A stretch of DNA of 60,482 nucleotides, filler included, from Hausera hauseri (lineage: Eukaryota), in the NCBI GenBank assembly GCA_046269625.1. It is 12 parts of 12 records of this genome, joined end to end, with 100 filler letters (N's around TTAATTAATTAA, not from the genome) between each part and the next. Parts side by side here need not be neighbours in the genome. Positions count along the whole stretch, not along the records: positions 45,640 to 52,103 come from JBJURY010097876.1; positions 52,204 to 56,419 come from JBJURY010695104.1; positions 56,520 to 60,482 come from JBJURY010854744.1; 9 more parts are not named here. One strand, given 5' to 3'. The notes under the pieces were generated by a model. The model did no database searches and was not told the DNA's origin. It worked only from the letters and a program-made list of their open reading frames with translations. Positions 48,601 through 60,482 of the stretch are shown one piece after another. Each line of letters starts with the position of its first letter. Position 1 is the first letter of the stretch. The position numbers were made by a program, and so were the translations under genes.

Positions 48601-51600
48601 AACTCATTTCGTCGAATCTAATATGCACAAGTCCGAAACAGGGTCATTCCAAAATTTTTTTTGGGTAAACTCATTGCAGTGAATCCGAATATGCAAGTGT
48701 GCGGAACGGAATCATTCCAAAATTCATTTCGACGTAAGTCATTGTGGGGAGCTCAATTTCCAGGTATCGGAACTGGGTCAGTCCAAAATTTATTTCGACT
48801 AACTTAATTGCCGTGAGTCCGATTTTGCAGGTGTCCGAAACAGGGTAGGTCCAAAATTTACTTCGACTCAACACATTGCAGTGATTCCGAATATGCCGGT
48901 GTTAGGAACAGGGTCATTCCAAAATTTGTTTCGACGTAACTCATTGAGTTCAGTCGGAATTTGCATGTGCCAGAACTGGGTCATTCCAAATTTTTTTTCG
49001 ATTCAACTCATTTCGTCGGATCTAATATGCACGTGTCCGGAATAGGCTGATTCCAAAATTTGTTTCGACGTAACTCAATGAGGTGAGACGGAATTTGCAG
49101 GTGCAGGACCTGGTCAGTCCAAAATTTGTTTGGACTCAACTCATTGCGGGGAGTCAGAATTTGCTTGTGTCCGAAACAGGGTCAGTCGTAAATTTGTTTC
49201 AACTAAGTTCATTGCGGTGGTCCGAATATGCAGGTTTCCGGAACTGGGTCATTCCAAAATTTTTTACCATGCCACTCATTTCGTGGAATCTAATATGCAC
49301 GTGTCCGGAACAGGGTCATTTCAAAATTTCTTTCGACGTAACTCATTGAGGTGAGTAGAAATTTGCAGGTGGCGGAACTGGATCAGTCCAAAACTTATTT
49401 CGACTAAACTTATTGCCGTGAGTCCGATTTTGCAGGTGTCCGAAACAGGATCATTCCAAAATTTTTTCGATTAAACTCATTGAGGTGATTCCGAATATGC
49501 AGGTGTCCGGAACTGGGTAATTCCAAAATTTTTTTCGATTCAACTCATTTCGTCGAATCTAATATGCACGTGTCCTCAACAGGCTCATTGCAAAATTTGT
49601 TTCGTCGTAACTCATTGAGGTGAGAATGAATTTGCAGGTGCCGGAACTGGGTCAGTCCAAAACTTATTTCGACTAAACTAATTCCAGTGAGTCCGATTTT
49701 CCAGGTGTCCGAAACAGGGTCAGTCTAAAATTTGTTTCAACTCAATTCATTGCGGGGAGTCCGAATTTGCAGGCGTGCGGATGAGGGTGAATCCAAAATT
49801 TTCTTCGACTCAACTCATTTCGGTGAGACAAAATGCGCAGTTGTCCGGAACTAGGTTATTCTAAAAATTTTTGCGACTAAACTTATTACGGTGAGTCCGT
49901 ATATGCAGGTGTGCGGAACAGGGTCATTCCAAAATTTCTTTCGACGTAACTCATTGAGGTGAGTCGGAAATTGCATGTGCCAGAACTGGGTCAGTTGAAA
50001 ATTTATTTCGACTAAACTAATTGCCGTGAGTCCGATTTGCAGGTGTCCGGAACTGGGTTAGTCCAAAACTTATTTCGACTAAACTTATTGCCGTGAGTCC
50101 GATTTTGCAGGTGTCCGAAACAGGGTCAGTTGAAAATTTGTTTCAACTCAATTCATTGTGGGTAGTACGAATTTGCATGTGTCCCAAAGTGGGTCATTCT
50201 GAAATTTGTTTCAACTAAGTTCATTGCGGTTGTCCGAATATGCAGGTTTCCGGAACTGGGTCATTCCAAAATTTTTTACCATGCAACTCATTTCGTCGAA
50301 TCTAATATGCACGTGTCCGGAACAGGGTCATTCCAAAATTTTTTTTGGCTAAACTCATTGCAGTGACTCCGAATATGCAGGTGTGCGGAACGGGGTCATT
50401 CCAAAATTTCTTTCGACGTAAGTCATTAAGGGGAGCTGAATTTCCAGGTATCGGAACTGGGTCAGTAGAAAATTTGTTTGAACTCAATTCATCGCGGGGA
50501 GTCCGAATTTGCAGGTGACCGAAACATGGTCAGTCGGAAATTTGTTTCAACTCATTTTATACCGGGGAGTCCAAATTTGCAGGCATGCGGATGAGGGTCA
50601 GTCCAAAAGTTTTTCCTTCTCAACTCATTTCGGTGAGTCAAAATACGCAGGTGTCCTGAACTGGGCCATTCCAAAATTTTTTTCGATTCAACTCATTGCG
50701 GGGAGTCCAAATTTGCAGGTGTCCGAAACAGGGTCAGTCGAAAATTTGTTTCAACTCAATTCATTGTGGTGAGTCCGAATTTACAGGCGTGCGGATGAGG
50801 GTCATTCCAAAATTTTTTTCGACTCAACTCATTTAGGTTAGTCAAAATACCCAGGTGTCCGAAACAGGGTCAGTCGAAAATTTCTTTCAACTCATTTTAT
50901 TGCGGGTAGTCCGAATTTGCAGGTATGCGGGTGAGGGTCAGTCCAAAAGTTTTTCCTTCTCAACTCATTTCGGTGAGTCAAAATACCCAGGTGTCCTAAA
51001 CAGTGTCAGTCCAAAATTATTTCCACTCAACCCATTGCAGTGAGTCCGAATGTGCAGATGTATGCAACGGTGTCATTCCAACATTTGTTTTGATTCATCT
51101 CATTGCGGTGAGTCCGAATTTGCAGGTGTCCGAATCAGGGTCAGTGGAAAATTTGTCTCAATTCAATTCATTGCGGTGAGTCCAAATATGCAGGTGTCCG
51201 GAACTGGATCATTCCAAAATTTTTTTCGATTCAACTAATTTCGTTGAATCTAATATGCACGTGTCCGGTACGGGGTCATTCCAAAATTTCTTTCGACGTA
51301 ACTCATTGAGGTGAGTCAAAATTTGCAGGTGTCCGGAACTGGGTCATTCAAAAATTTGTTTCAACTCAATTCATTGCGGGGAGTCCGAATTTGCATGCGT
51401 GCGGATGAGGGTCAGTCCAAAATTTGTTTCGAATCAACTCATTTCGGTGAAACAAAATGCGCAGGTGTCCGAAACTGGTTCATACTGAAAATTTTTTTGA
51501 TTAAACTTATTGCGGTAAGTCCAAATATGCAGGTGTCCGGAACTGGGTCATTCCAAATTTTTTTCGATTCATCTCATTTCGTCGAATCTAATATGCACGT

Positions 51601-52103
51601 GTCCGGAACAGGCTCATTCCAAAATTTGTTTCGACGTAACTCATTGAGGTGAGACGGAATTTGCAGGTGCCGGAACTGGGTTAGTCCAAAACTTATTTCG
51701 ACTAAACTTATTGCCGTGAGTCCGATTTTGCAGGTGTCCGAAACAGGGTCAGTCGAAAATTTGTTTGAACTCAATTAATAGCGGGGAGTTCGAATTTACA
51801 TGTGCCGAAACCGGGTCAGTCGAAAATTTGTTTCAACTCAATTAATTGCGGGGAGTCCGAATTTGCAGGTGTGCGGATGAGGGTGAGTCCAAAATTTTTA
51901 TGACTCAATTCATTTCGGTAAGACAAATGCGCAGGTGTCCTGAAACTGGGTCATTCTAAAATTTTTTTCGACTAAACTCATTGCGGTGAGTCGGAATATG
52001 CAGGTGTGCGGAACAGGTTCATTCCAAAATTTGTTTCGACGTAACTCATTGAGGTGAGTCGGAATTTGCATGTGCCAGAACTGGGTCAGTCCAAAATTTA
52101 TTT
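45640..52103 (+). repeat. Satellite DNA, ~68-bp monomer (about 95 copies) with higher-order structure
   Basis: Consensus approximately CCGGAACTGGGTCATTCCAAAATTTTTTTCGATTAAACTCATTGCGGTGAGTCCGAATATGCAGGTGT; 45640-46073 equals 51670-52103. Confidence 0.97.
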
Positions 52104-52499
52104 NNNNNNNNNNNNNNNNNNNNNNNNNNNNNNNNNNNNNNNNNNNNTTAATTAATTAANNNNNNNNNNNNNNNNNNNNNNNNNNNNNNNNNNNNNNNNN
52201 NNNACTTTATATTGGCTCTTTATTGATTTAACTTTGAATTAAATTTAAACATTAATATTCGTTTAAATTCCTCCTCACAGCCATACCAAAACACAAAACC
52301 GACACAATGAATACTGTTGGCACAACGATAGAAAGCACATGAGCACAAAGTTTAAAACGCAATGAAAATCACACAGGATCACTTGTCAAAAATAAGATCA
52401 AAAAATGGCAAACTATAGAAAGAAAACTGTTGTATAAAATAAGCACAAAAATCACACCATCGCGGTCCAACAAATGTGTGTTGTTTGAAATTATGACTC

Positions 52500-53930
52500 T
52501 TCAATTTTGCTGAAACTGTTAGACGTTTCGATAATGGCACTTTTTGTTGAAAGCAATCTGGTCAAACCGTGTCGACTTGAATTCTGATTGGAAGTAGGGC
52601 TGTCTTGTGATGACTTACTGTCTGTATTTACAGCCGAGTCAATCTGATTTTTTGTAAACTGTTCTTCGGTGTTTGTTTTTCGAGAATCAAATATTTGCTC
52701 ATAATGCGATCCAGTTGCAGATTGAGATGAAAGATTTGAACTTAGTCTCGATGATAAAGAATCTTAAGATAATGGTAGTCTTTCAACATTTTTTATCTTA
52801 GAGAATAATAGAGAGATTTTCGACGAGGAGAATCTTCAGGTGGTTCGTCATTTTCAACGCACGCAGTCTTAATTGACATTTGAGGAGACTGTTTGAGACT
52901 CGAATCACCTTTGTCATAAGTACAGTCATGTGATCGGAGAGAATTAAAAAATTCCACTGTCGCAGCTACCATTAATGTCTTCGACTGAACTCAAATGTTT
53001 TTCTGAACTTTTATTGTGATGATTATAAAGACGACCATAAGAATCCATTGATTCCATGTGCTGCAGTTTTTGTGATTTAAGATGATGCAAATTCGTCTAT
53101 TGATAAAAAGGAGTGGCTTCATATACTTTCGCTTCAGAAATTTTCCGTATAATATCAGCACCGCGAGTTTCTATATACATATGAATGAGCCCATCTTGTA
53201 CAAGATCGACTGAAATACTTTGCTGAAATACTTTGAGCCAACGTAATGCTGCCGTTTTTCTGTGTTATAATACAGAACAGTTTTTGTTCGTCTGATCAAA
53301 TCATTTGAGTCTGGTTGAGGATAAATACTGGAATTAATCGCCTCACGTTCTCTGCCGATTTTCCAGTAATACGGACCAATAAATTTATTTTTCTTTTCAA
53401 AAGATTTACAGTTAAACGCATTGTAGAGCATCAAATGTTGATAAAGTAAAGTCTTCATTTCGTGGTTTACAATCGATTACATTTGTCGACGAAGAAACGA
53501 GTTGTAAACATCTCACTTCCGGTGGATAGGGTCTCATCTTAAAGATGCAGCAATTCAACGAGAATAACGTTGATTCATTGCGTATTTGAAGTTTCTGAAA
53601 TAGTCGACAGCTTTTTACATTCGGCTTTTGGAATATGGACAACAGGTTCAGTGGAATTTCATTGTTTTCCACAGAACTTGTAACTTTGGTATCGTCATTG
53701 GTTTGAAGGTCGGGATCTTCATCGAGTAATGGTGAATCGGTGGTAGTGATTGGTCGCTCATTGTCATTGATTGCTGTTGTCGAATAGAGTGAGTCAGATT
53801 GACGAGAACTGATTAAATGATGAGGAGCGGTCTTGATAATGGAATAATCTGAATGATAATTCACGTTTGAAAGGACTGGACTCTTGCAACTTCGGAAACA
53901 TTTTTAAAGAGGTCTGTCTTTCAGAGAAAA
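52500..53930 (-). pseudogene. Degenerate host-like coding fragment of unknown family
   Basis: Overlapping ORFs 53412-53864 and 53171-53458 and further open stretches downstream. No motif recognised. Confidence 0.35.
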
Positions 53931-53949
53931 ATGAAACACTCGCATGAGG

Positions 53950-54090
53950 CCTTGATATCATGGATACTCTTTCGAGGCGGAAAGTCGGGTTCGACTATGG
54001 GCCCGACGCGTCGGCAACAGAGGCCCAGCCGTGCCCAACCAAACGGGCCAGAGGGCAAGGGCCGCTGTGGGCACCACATCAGCCCCCCGT
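53950..54090 (-). mobile_element. Gypsy PPT (ACGGGGGGCTGA) and start of 3' LTR (TGTGGTGCCCAC, 54078)
   Basis: G-run followed by TGT downstream of the integrase and its pyrimidine-rich (minus-strand) 3' region. Confidence 0.65.
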
Positions 54091-56125
54091 TGTAAAGTGA
54101 AAGCTATAAAGGGTAAAAAAGACAGAAAGAAAAAATGGCAAAACGAAAATGTGTCTGTGTCAGCTGGTCTTAGTGTGAACAAGGAGTTGGGTGCCTTCTA
54201 CTGATTTTTCCCTCCTATACTTGCTGAATATGAATCTGCGTGTTTTATGTTTTTGCGGTGTCTTTGCTTGCAGAGTTTGAAGTTCGGGAAAAATTTTCGG
54301 ATTTTGTTGTGAGTATTGTGTCATGCAAAGACGAGTTAGAAAAAGAGAAAAAGAACATGAAGGGGAAGAGAGAATGTTGAAGACGGATGGTTAAAAGTAT
54401 TTAAGAGACCTTTAGAAGACGGAGGAATAATAAAAAGTGTAATGGCGGATAAAGGAAGATGTAGAAAGTTTGGAGTAGAAGTTGGAATGAAATTGTGTGA
54501 ACGAGTGGAAGTGGAAGACGAATCAGATGTAGTGGTAGAGAAAGAAAGAGATGGGACAGAAATAAAGAAACGAAGAAGTTGCGAAGTGGAAATTGATGTG
54601 TGAGGAGAAAGGGAGGAAGAAAGCGCCGAAGATGAGGAAGGCGTGGAAGGAGAAGAGAGAGAAAGGTACATGGCGAAAGAGAACGAGATGATGGAGAAGG
54701 CAAAAGGAAGTAGTTAGAGGGTGGTATACATAAGGTTGGAATGATGAAAGGGGTAGATGTAGAGATTGGTGAAGTTGAAGTGGTGTTTGACGGAGGGGGT
54801 ATTGTAAGAGAAAGCAGGTTGTTACCAGGGAATGGAGAAGGTGTTAAAAGGCTTGAAGGTGCAAAATCGGATAGGGAGAAAGAGTCTGAATTGCGAAAAG
54901 AAATTGAAGTTGCAGTTTTGGAAGAAAATGTAGGGGAAAGTAGATTAAGAAATTGAGCAGAGATGGAAGTTGAATTGTTGGATTGCTGCGTGTCGTATAA
55001 AGATGTTGGTGGAGACGTGACATCGATGGGAGACGCATCGTCGATGAAGAAAGCCGGTTTAGCATTATTGATGTGAACGGTTACTTCTTTGTCGTCTTTG
55101 CAAATGATGATGTTGTGGGAGTGTAAGCGAATTACTTTGTAAGGGCCAGCATACTAAGGCTGAAAACCACACGGCGTCTGATTCTTTAGCCAAACGAACT
55201 TGGCAGTATATAAATCTTCGGGTATGTAGGGTTTATTTGCGTGTAACAACATGCAAAATGAATCTTTGCTGATCTCGACGAAGTGTCTCTGTGCCGATTG
55301 TATGGTTTCATCTGTAGGAGTATTGTCCAGCTCAGTCAGCTCGAATAATGATCTGATGGAAGTGCCATATAATGCTTCTGCAGGTGAACAGCCCGTAGAA
55401 GTAGATGGTGTGTTCCGCCAGCCAAGCAGAACGTACGGAAGGAGTATGGTCCAATTGCGATTGGACTCAGCAAGGATTTTAAGAGTCGTTTTCATCGTTC
55501 GGTGAAAGCGTTTGTGAAGGCTATTCGATCGGGGATGATATGGTGACGTGTGAATGTGGTTAATTTCGAACCGATTGACAAGAGCTTTAAACAGGTTGGA
55601 TTCGAACTGTGGCCTTTGGTCCAAAATGATGTGGCGAGGTGATCCAAACCTGCTGATCCAAGTGCGGATAAAAATGTCTGTGATTGTTTCTGTGTTGGTA
55701 CTCCGAAGCGGGACAGCCTTTGGCCATTGCGAGGAACGGTCCATCATTGTGAGGATGAACTGATGGCCGTTGCCTAAGGGTAGTGGGCCTACAAGGTTAA
55801 TATAAACAGTTTCGAAACGAGACGTTCAGGGAAAATAATATAGTAATGGCTTTAAGTGCTTAGTAACTTTGTATTTTTGGCATGTCACATACTGCCCAAG
55901 CCATGACTGCACGTCAGAGTGCATCGACGGCCATACTACGTGGCGTTATGAGTCGAAAAGTGTCCTTGGCACCAGGATGGTGCAACGAATGGGCGCTGTT
56001 GAATGCTTCTTTTGAAGCGACTCAAAAAGGATGACTTTGGGATTATTAGGTTTTGAAGTGTGAAAGACCACACCGTTAATGGTTTTGCACGATGTAAAAG
56101 ATTTAAGAATGTCAGGAGGTGGCTG
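54091..56125 (-). mobile_element. Third copy of the 13686-19060 gypsy family: integrase and low-complexity 3' region
   Basis: ORF 55154-55747 is highly similar to 13638-14397 (MMDRSS.WP.A.PLRSTNT..RFHRT.KT..LLGWRNTPSTSTGCSP). Confidence 0.92.
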
Positions 56126-56777
56126 GTGTGGTGCCGCGGCCGTGAGCGCGGACGTAACTCTGTCTTTTGAATCAGACATAGATCTCAACATCGTGGTGTT
56201 CTATTGGATGCCATTAGATATTTTGTGTTTAAGAACAGTGTACTTGGGAGCTTGGGTTCGTGTCCGTGGATGGATTTGGTCTCCCTCATCGACATCATTG
56301 ATTATAATATTTTTTGTTGTTGAACCTTTATTGTAACTCTTATATGGTTATATTTGGTATATTTTTTATAACAGTAAATGGATGTTTTATAGTCTGTTGA
56401 AATTTTGTTATAATAACTTNNNNNNNNNNNNNNNNNNNNNNNNNNNNNNNNNNNNNNNNNNNNTTAATTAATTAANNNNNNNNNNNNNNNNNNNNNNNNN
56501 NNNNNNNNNNNNNNNNNNNTTACGCGGCCCAAGAAGATGATGCTTGCGCCTTGTCCCACATACCACAATACTGTACTAGTAGAGTCATAACGTTGATGGT
56601 CGCCATACTGCAATGGAGCAGTACTATGGCATCTCTACAACACTGCACAGTAAATGGGCCTATGTTTGTCCCGGTTGTTGTTATATAGTTGATGATGATT
56701 AAATCAACTATGAACAATTCTATAATTTACACAAAGACCACTTAACCCAGTTTAAGCGGTTGAAGAAACAAATATTT

Positions 56778-59700
56778 ATGGACAACAGCAGCAGCATCCT
56801 GTCAACAACAAAAACAAACAAAAACAACAACAACCAATAAGAAACGTCAGGCCTCAACAAGTCTTTACGACTTAATCAGAAACAGTACCCAGCAGCAGCA
56901 GCATCAACAAAAACAGCAGGCCAGTATTCCCAACATTACAGTCAAGTACGATCTAAACATATCGTACATTGATATAAATGTGAACATGTTAGCGACAACA
57001 ACAACAACAACAACACAATTGAGACATGTTCCGCAAAATGTGCGCAACCCATTAGAATCCGAAGTGGACAAATTCCAAAATCACTGCAAAGTGCAATATT
57101 ACGCACTTGGAGAATTCGAAAATTTGAAAGGTGACAGAAAACAATGATACCTGTCACATCGAGCCAAACCGTATTACTACGATTTTACTGTCGATGTAGG
57201 CGAAAAGCTGAACAAAAAAATCTTCAAATACACGGAAAAGGGTAATGGATGGCGAATTATACGAATTGCCGCCCTCGGCTTTGTCATAACAAAGTCGAGT
57301 AACATAATATATTTGTCTGGACGATCATTCATACCGACACCTGCAGCTCTGAAACAGTCTCAATGTACAAAACAAGAACGATGAATACTGTTTTCTTTAC
57401 AGTATTCTGGCGGTATTGAAATATGACGAAGTGGACAGAGTGCATCTTGTCCAAAACAGTATCAGAAATATTTTTCCGAATTGGATTTCGATGAAAGCTG
57501 GATGCTGATGAAACTGAAATCCATTCCGGCTTTCGAACGGCGTAATTCGACACTGCCAATCAACATGTTCCGGTACAACACAATCGTAGAAGTACCAGCG
57601 GATGAATAAATTGACAAAAATCCTCATGTGGTTATAATCTATCGTAGTCGGAACCCAGATGGCCGCTCAGTAAATTTGTTGCTATTGGAACGCAAAAAAG
57701 TACCATTACGTTGCAGTGACAATTCTGGCCAGACTATTGAACATGCAGCATGACCATTTCCTTTAAAAACGGATAGTATAAATGGCGTCCTGTATGTCTT
57801 CATGGATTCAGGTCGGAAACAACATTGGAGAAACATGCGACTCTGTGCAGACAAAATTCATCAGGAAGCACAATATATGTCATGCACGTTAAACAGGAAT
57901 GCAGGTTCACTGATTGGCCTAGAATAGACAGTCCGGCATGTGTGGTATATACTGATATCGAAGCTATCTTACCACGGCACATCTATGACCAAAAACATGT
58001 TTCAATCGACGTCGATATGTTGGTTGTCCCAATAAATGCCGCAGGTCAACTTTAATATTGTTTTCCACGGATGGAATTGTGTATGCGATTTCTTGCAGTA
58101 GTTGCAAACCATAGTGAAAACTGAAATCGCACCCTGGTACAGCAGAAATAGCAATAAATCCTTGATGTTGACAGATGAAGATGGACGCCTCACGTTTGAA
58201 TCACAGATGAATGTTACCTGTGCAACAAAATATTACCGTTTGACGTACTTGAAAGGCTTCTACCGGATCACGATCATTTTACTGGTCGATATCTCGGAGC
58301 AGCATGTAATTCATGAAATTTGGCAAGGCGTGTGCGGTTATTTTTACCGGTGGTATTACATAACTTCAGGGGTTATGATTGTCACCATATTTTGAAATGG
58401 GCAATAAACGGATTTCCGCACTAGGAACTATCCATAATTCCGACTACGATGAAGAAATACCTGTCACTGTCTGCACGTATAAACCGGTTTTAAGTAGGCT
58501 TCCTTGATTCATTGAAATTTCTCAGTGAATCATAGGCAAAGCTGGTAAATACCTTGCCATATGTGCCGATATAACTGACGCAGTTCCCCGCACATATTGC
58601 ACGCAGCAAAGGTATATTTCCATATGACTTTGCAACATCATATGAGCAACTTCGAACAGCAGAGGAATTACCGCCGCGATGGACAGGCATCACAGAATAC
58701 GAAAATCTGAGAACACAGAGATGTTTGACAGAACTCGGCCGTAAAAACATGTTGGAATACATGCTACAGTATCTCAAACTGGACGTGTACTTATTAGCCG
58801 ATGTGTTCCACGCGTTTCGAAAGAAAGCATTTGCATAAGATAGGCTGGAGCCACTCAACTTTTATTCCATACCGGGAATGAGTTTGGCGTCAGCTCTAAT
58901 GTCACTGGATCGAGACATTGAGCTACTGAAAGACCCGAAAATGTACCGGCTGTTTGATGTTGGTATTCGCGGTGGTGTGACATTTGTCAACAAACATCAG
59001 GTCCGTGCTACCGATACCGCATCATAGCTGTATAGCGACATTAATAACCTGTACGGCTGGGCGCTTTCACAACCCTTGCCGTACGGTTCATTTGAATGGG
59101 TTGTCGACAGACAAGATCTGGACGACATAACGGTCAACCTACCACGAGAAGATATGGCAGGCTCAGTCGGATACCTGATGGATGTCGATCTCGTGGTACC
59201 AGATGAGCTGCATGACTTTCTGGATGAACTGCAGGTCGCACCAATCAGCCAATGTACGCCTGGTGCGAATGTAAAGAAGCTGCTTATGATGCATGAACCC
59301 AAGCAAAATTACATACTTCATTGACGTCTGTTTCAATTTTACATTCAATTGGGTGTACGCGTCACATAGCTGCATCGCGCAATCCGATTTGCTCAGGCTC
59401 CCATATTTAAGGCGTACACAGATGTAAATTCGGCGAAACAAGCTGTAGCTTGTACAAAGTTCAGAAAGGAATACCACAAGCTGAAAAACAATTCCCTATA
59501 CGGAAAAACAGTGGAGAATCTGAAAAAGCGGCTAAATATGCGCGTATGTAACTCGGAAAAGAGGCTGGTTACGTATGCAGCAAGACACAGTTTCGGAGGT
59601 CAATGCATATTGCCAATGAATTGGTTGCGGTGCTGCTAAACAGAGAAGGCGTTCTGTACCGGCCAAGTTACAGCGGAAAATCAGTATTGGACCTGAGCAA

Positions 59701-60245
59701 GTTGCGGATGTATGAGCTACTGTATCGCAATTTGGCTCGTTACCGGCAAATATTATACGGCTGTGACTTTAGTATAATTGCCGTTGACACAGACAGTTTT
59801 TTCCTGCGGCTGAAAAAAGTCAATCGCGAACAGCTACTGCAGTCAGATGGATTACTGGACACGTCCAGCGATCCACCGGATCATCCGTTGTACAGTAGCT
59901 GGATCACCAAGAAAATCGGCTGCTTCAAGGATGAAAGTGAATGTCGGGTTTAGTATCGGGAATGGATATTTCTACAACGAAAATATTATAGCCTTTTAAC
60001 CGACGGCGGACCGAAAATGAGCGCCAAAAGAGTTCAATTGGCCAAGACGGAAATAAACCACAGTGATTATCGCTGTATCTATGAAAAAAGGACAATCAAA
60101 GGCTGTTGTGTCACAAACGATCATCCGATCGATTGAAAACCAGGTGTATGCGGTAAACAATACAAAAGTCGCTTTATGATGCAATCATGATAAGCGTAAG
60201 TGAATGGGGCGAAACACGAGTTTGGCATACGGACATTGGGGTTAA
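56778..60245 (+). pseudogene. polB: Essentially full-length Polinton pPolB (third copy), degenerate
   Basis: Poly-Q N-terminus, EKGNGW, FIPTP, YTDIEA, DHDHFTGRYLGAACNS, HNFRGYDCHHIL, FLDSLKFL, KGIFPYD, YLKLDV, DINNLYGWA, KLKNNSLYGKTVEN, AVDTDS, LAYGHWG*. Confidence 0.95.
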
Positions 60246-60482
60246 AAAAACATGTTCGGTGGTGTCAGATAAGATCAGATACAGGCAATTCAATTGGGTC
60301 TGGATATTGTGACAATTATTGACAATTATATTTGTTTTATTTCAATGTTAATAATTTACTTTATTGAGTGCCTTTTGTGTTTTGTTTTCGGTTACTTACT
60401 TAACTTATTATTATTAAGTAAAACAACAACCTTGTACGAGAAAACAAAATATGTAACACGAATACATATATTTATTCATGGG

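Noticed and set aside
45640-52103. CRISPR array or repeat-protein gene
   Set aside because: There are no unique spacers and no cas genes. The 68-bp period is not a multiple of 3, and the short ORFs are by-products of the satellite.
54336-55065. Ser/Pro-rich or Glu-rich ORFs as genes
   Set aside because: This is the purine/pyrimidine-skewed low-complexity 3' region of the gypsy element between integrase and PPT.

Overview
This window is not continuous genome. It is 12 short eukaryotic (AT-rich, probably invertebrate) contigs joined by artificial 100-nt spacers (N44-TTAATTAATTAA-N44), so adjacency across spacers means nothing. It is dominated by decayed mobile DNA. There are five Ty3/gypsy LTR retrotransposon remnants, one with a possible env fused to pol. 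Four contigs carry Polinton/Maverick (adintovirus-like) endogenous virus genes: pPolB in three copies, integrase-chromodomain, a pX/GasderminX-like gene, two tandem pentons, hexon, cysteine protease, and accessory DEDD-like nuclease and IAP-type RING genes. It also holds a mariner, a Tc3-like element with ~440-bp TIRs, Tx1/L1-like and RTE LINE ends, a tRNA-Pro-derived SINE, and a 68-bp satellite with a 6,030-bp higher-order period. The most unusual items are (1) an apparently pol-less LTR element (PBS...PPT) whose nearly intact coding region combines a CCHC knuckle, a long coiled coil and a DEK-C-like domain, (2) a scrambled, intron-free chimera of host gene pieces (MROH1 C-part, then MROH1 N-part, then SNRNP200/Brr2 Sec63) next to a gypsy 5' end, and (3) the Polinton accessory cassette with its precise microhomology deletion variant. 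Family assignments come from manual translation and remembered motifs; no searches were run.
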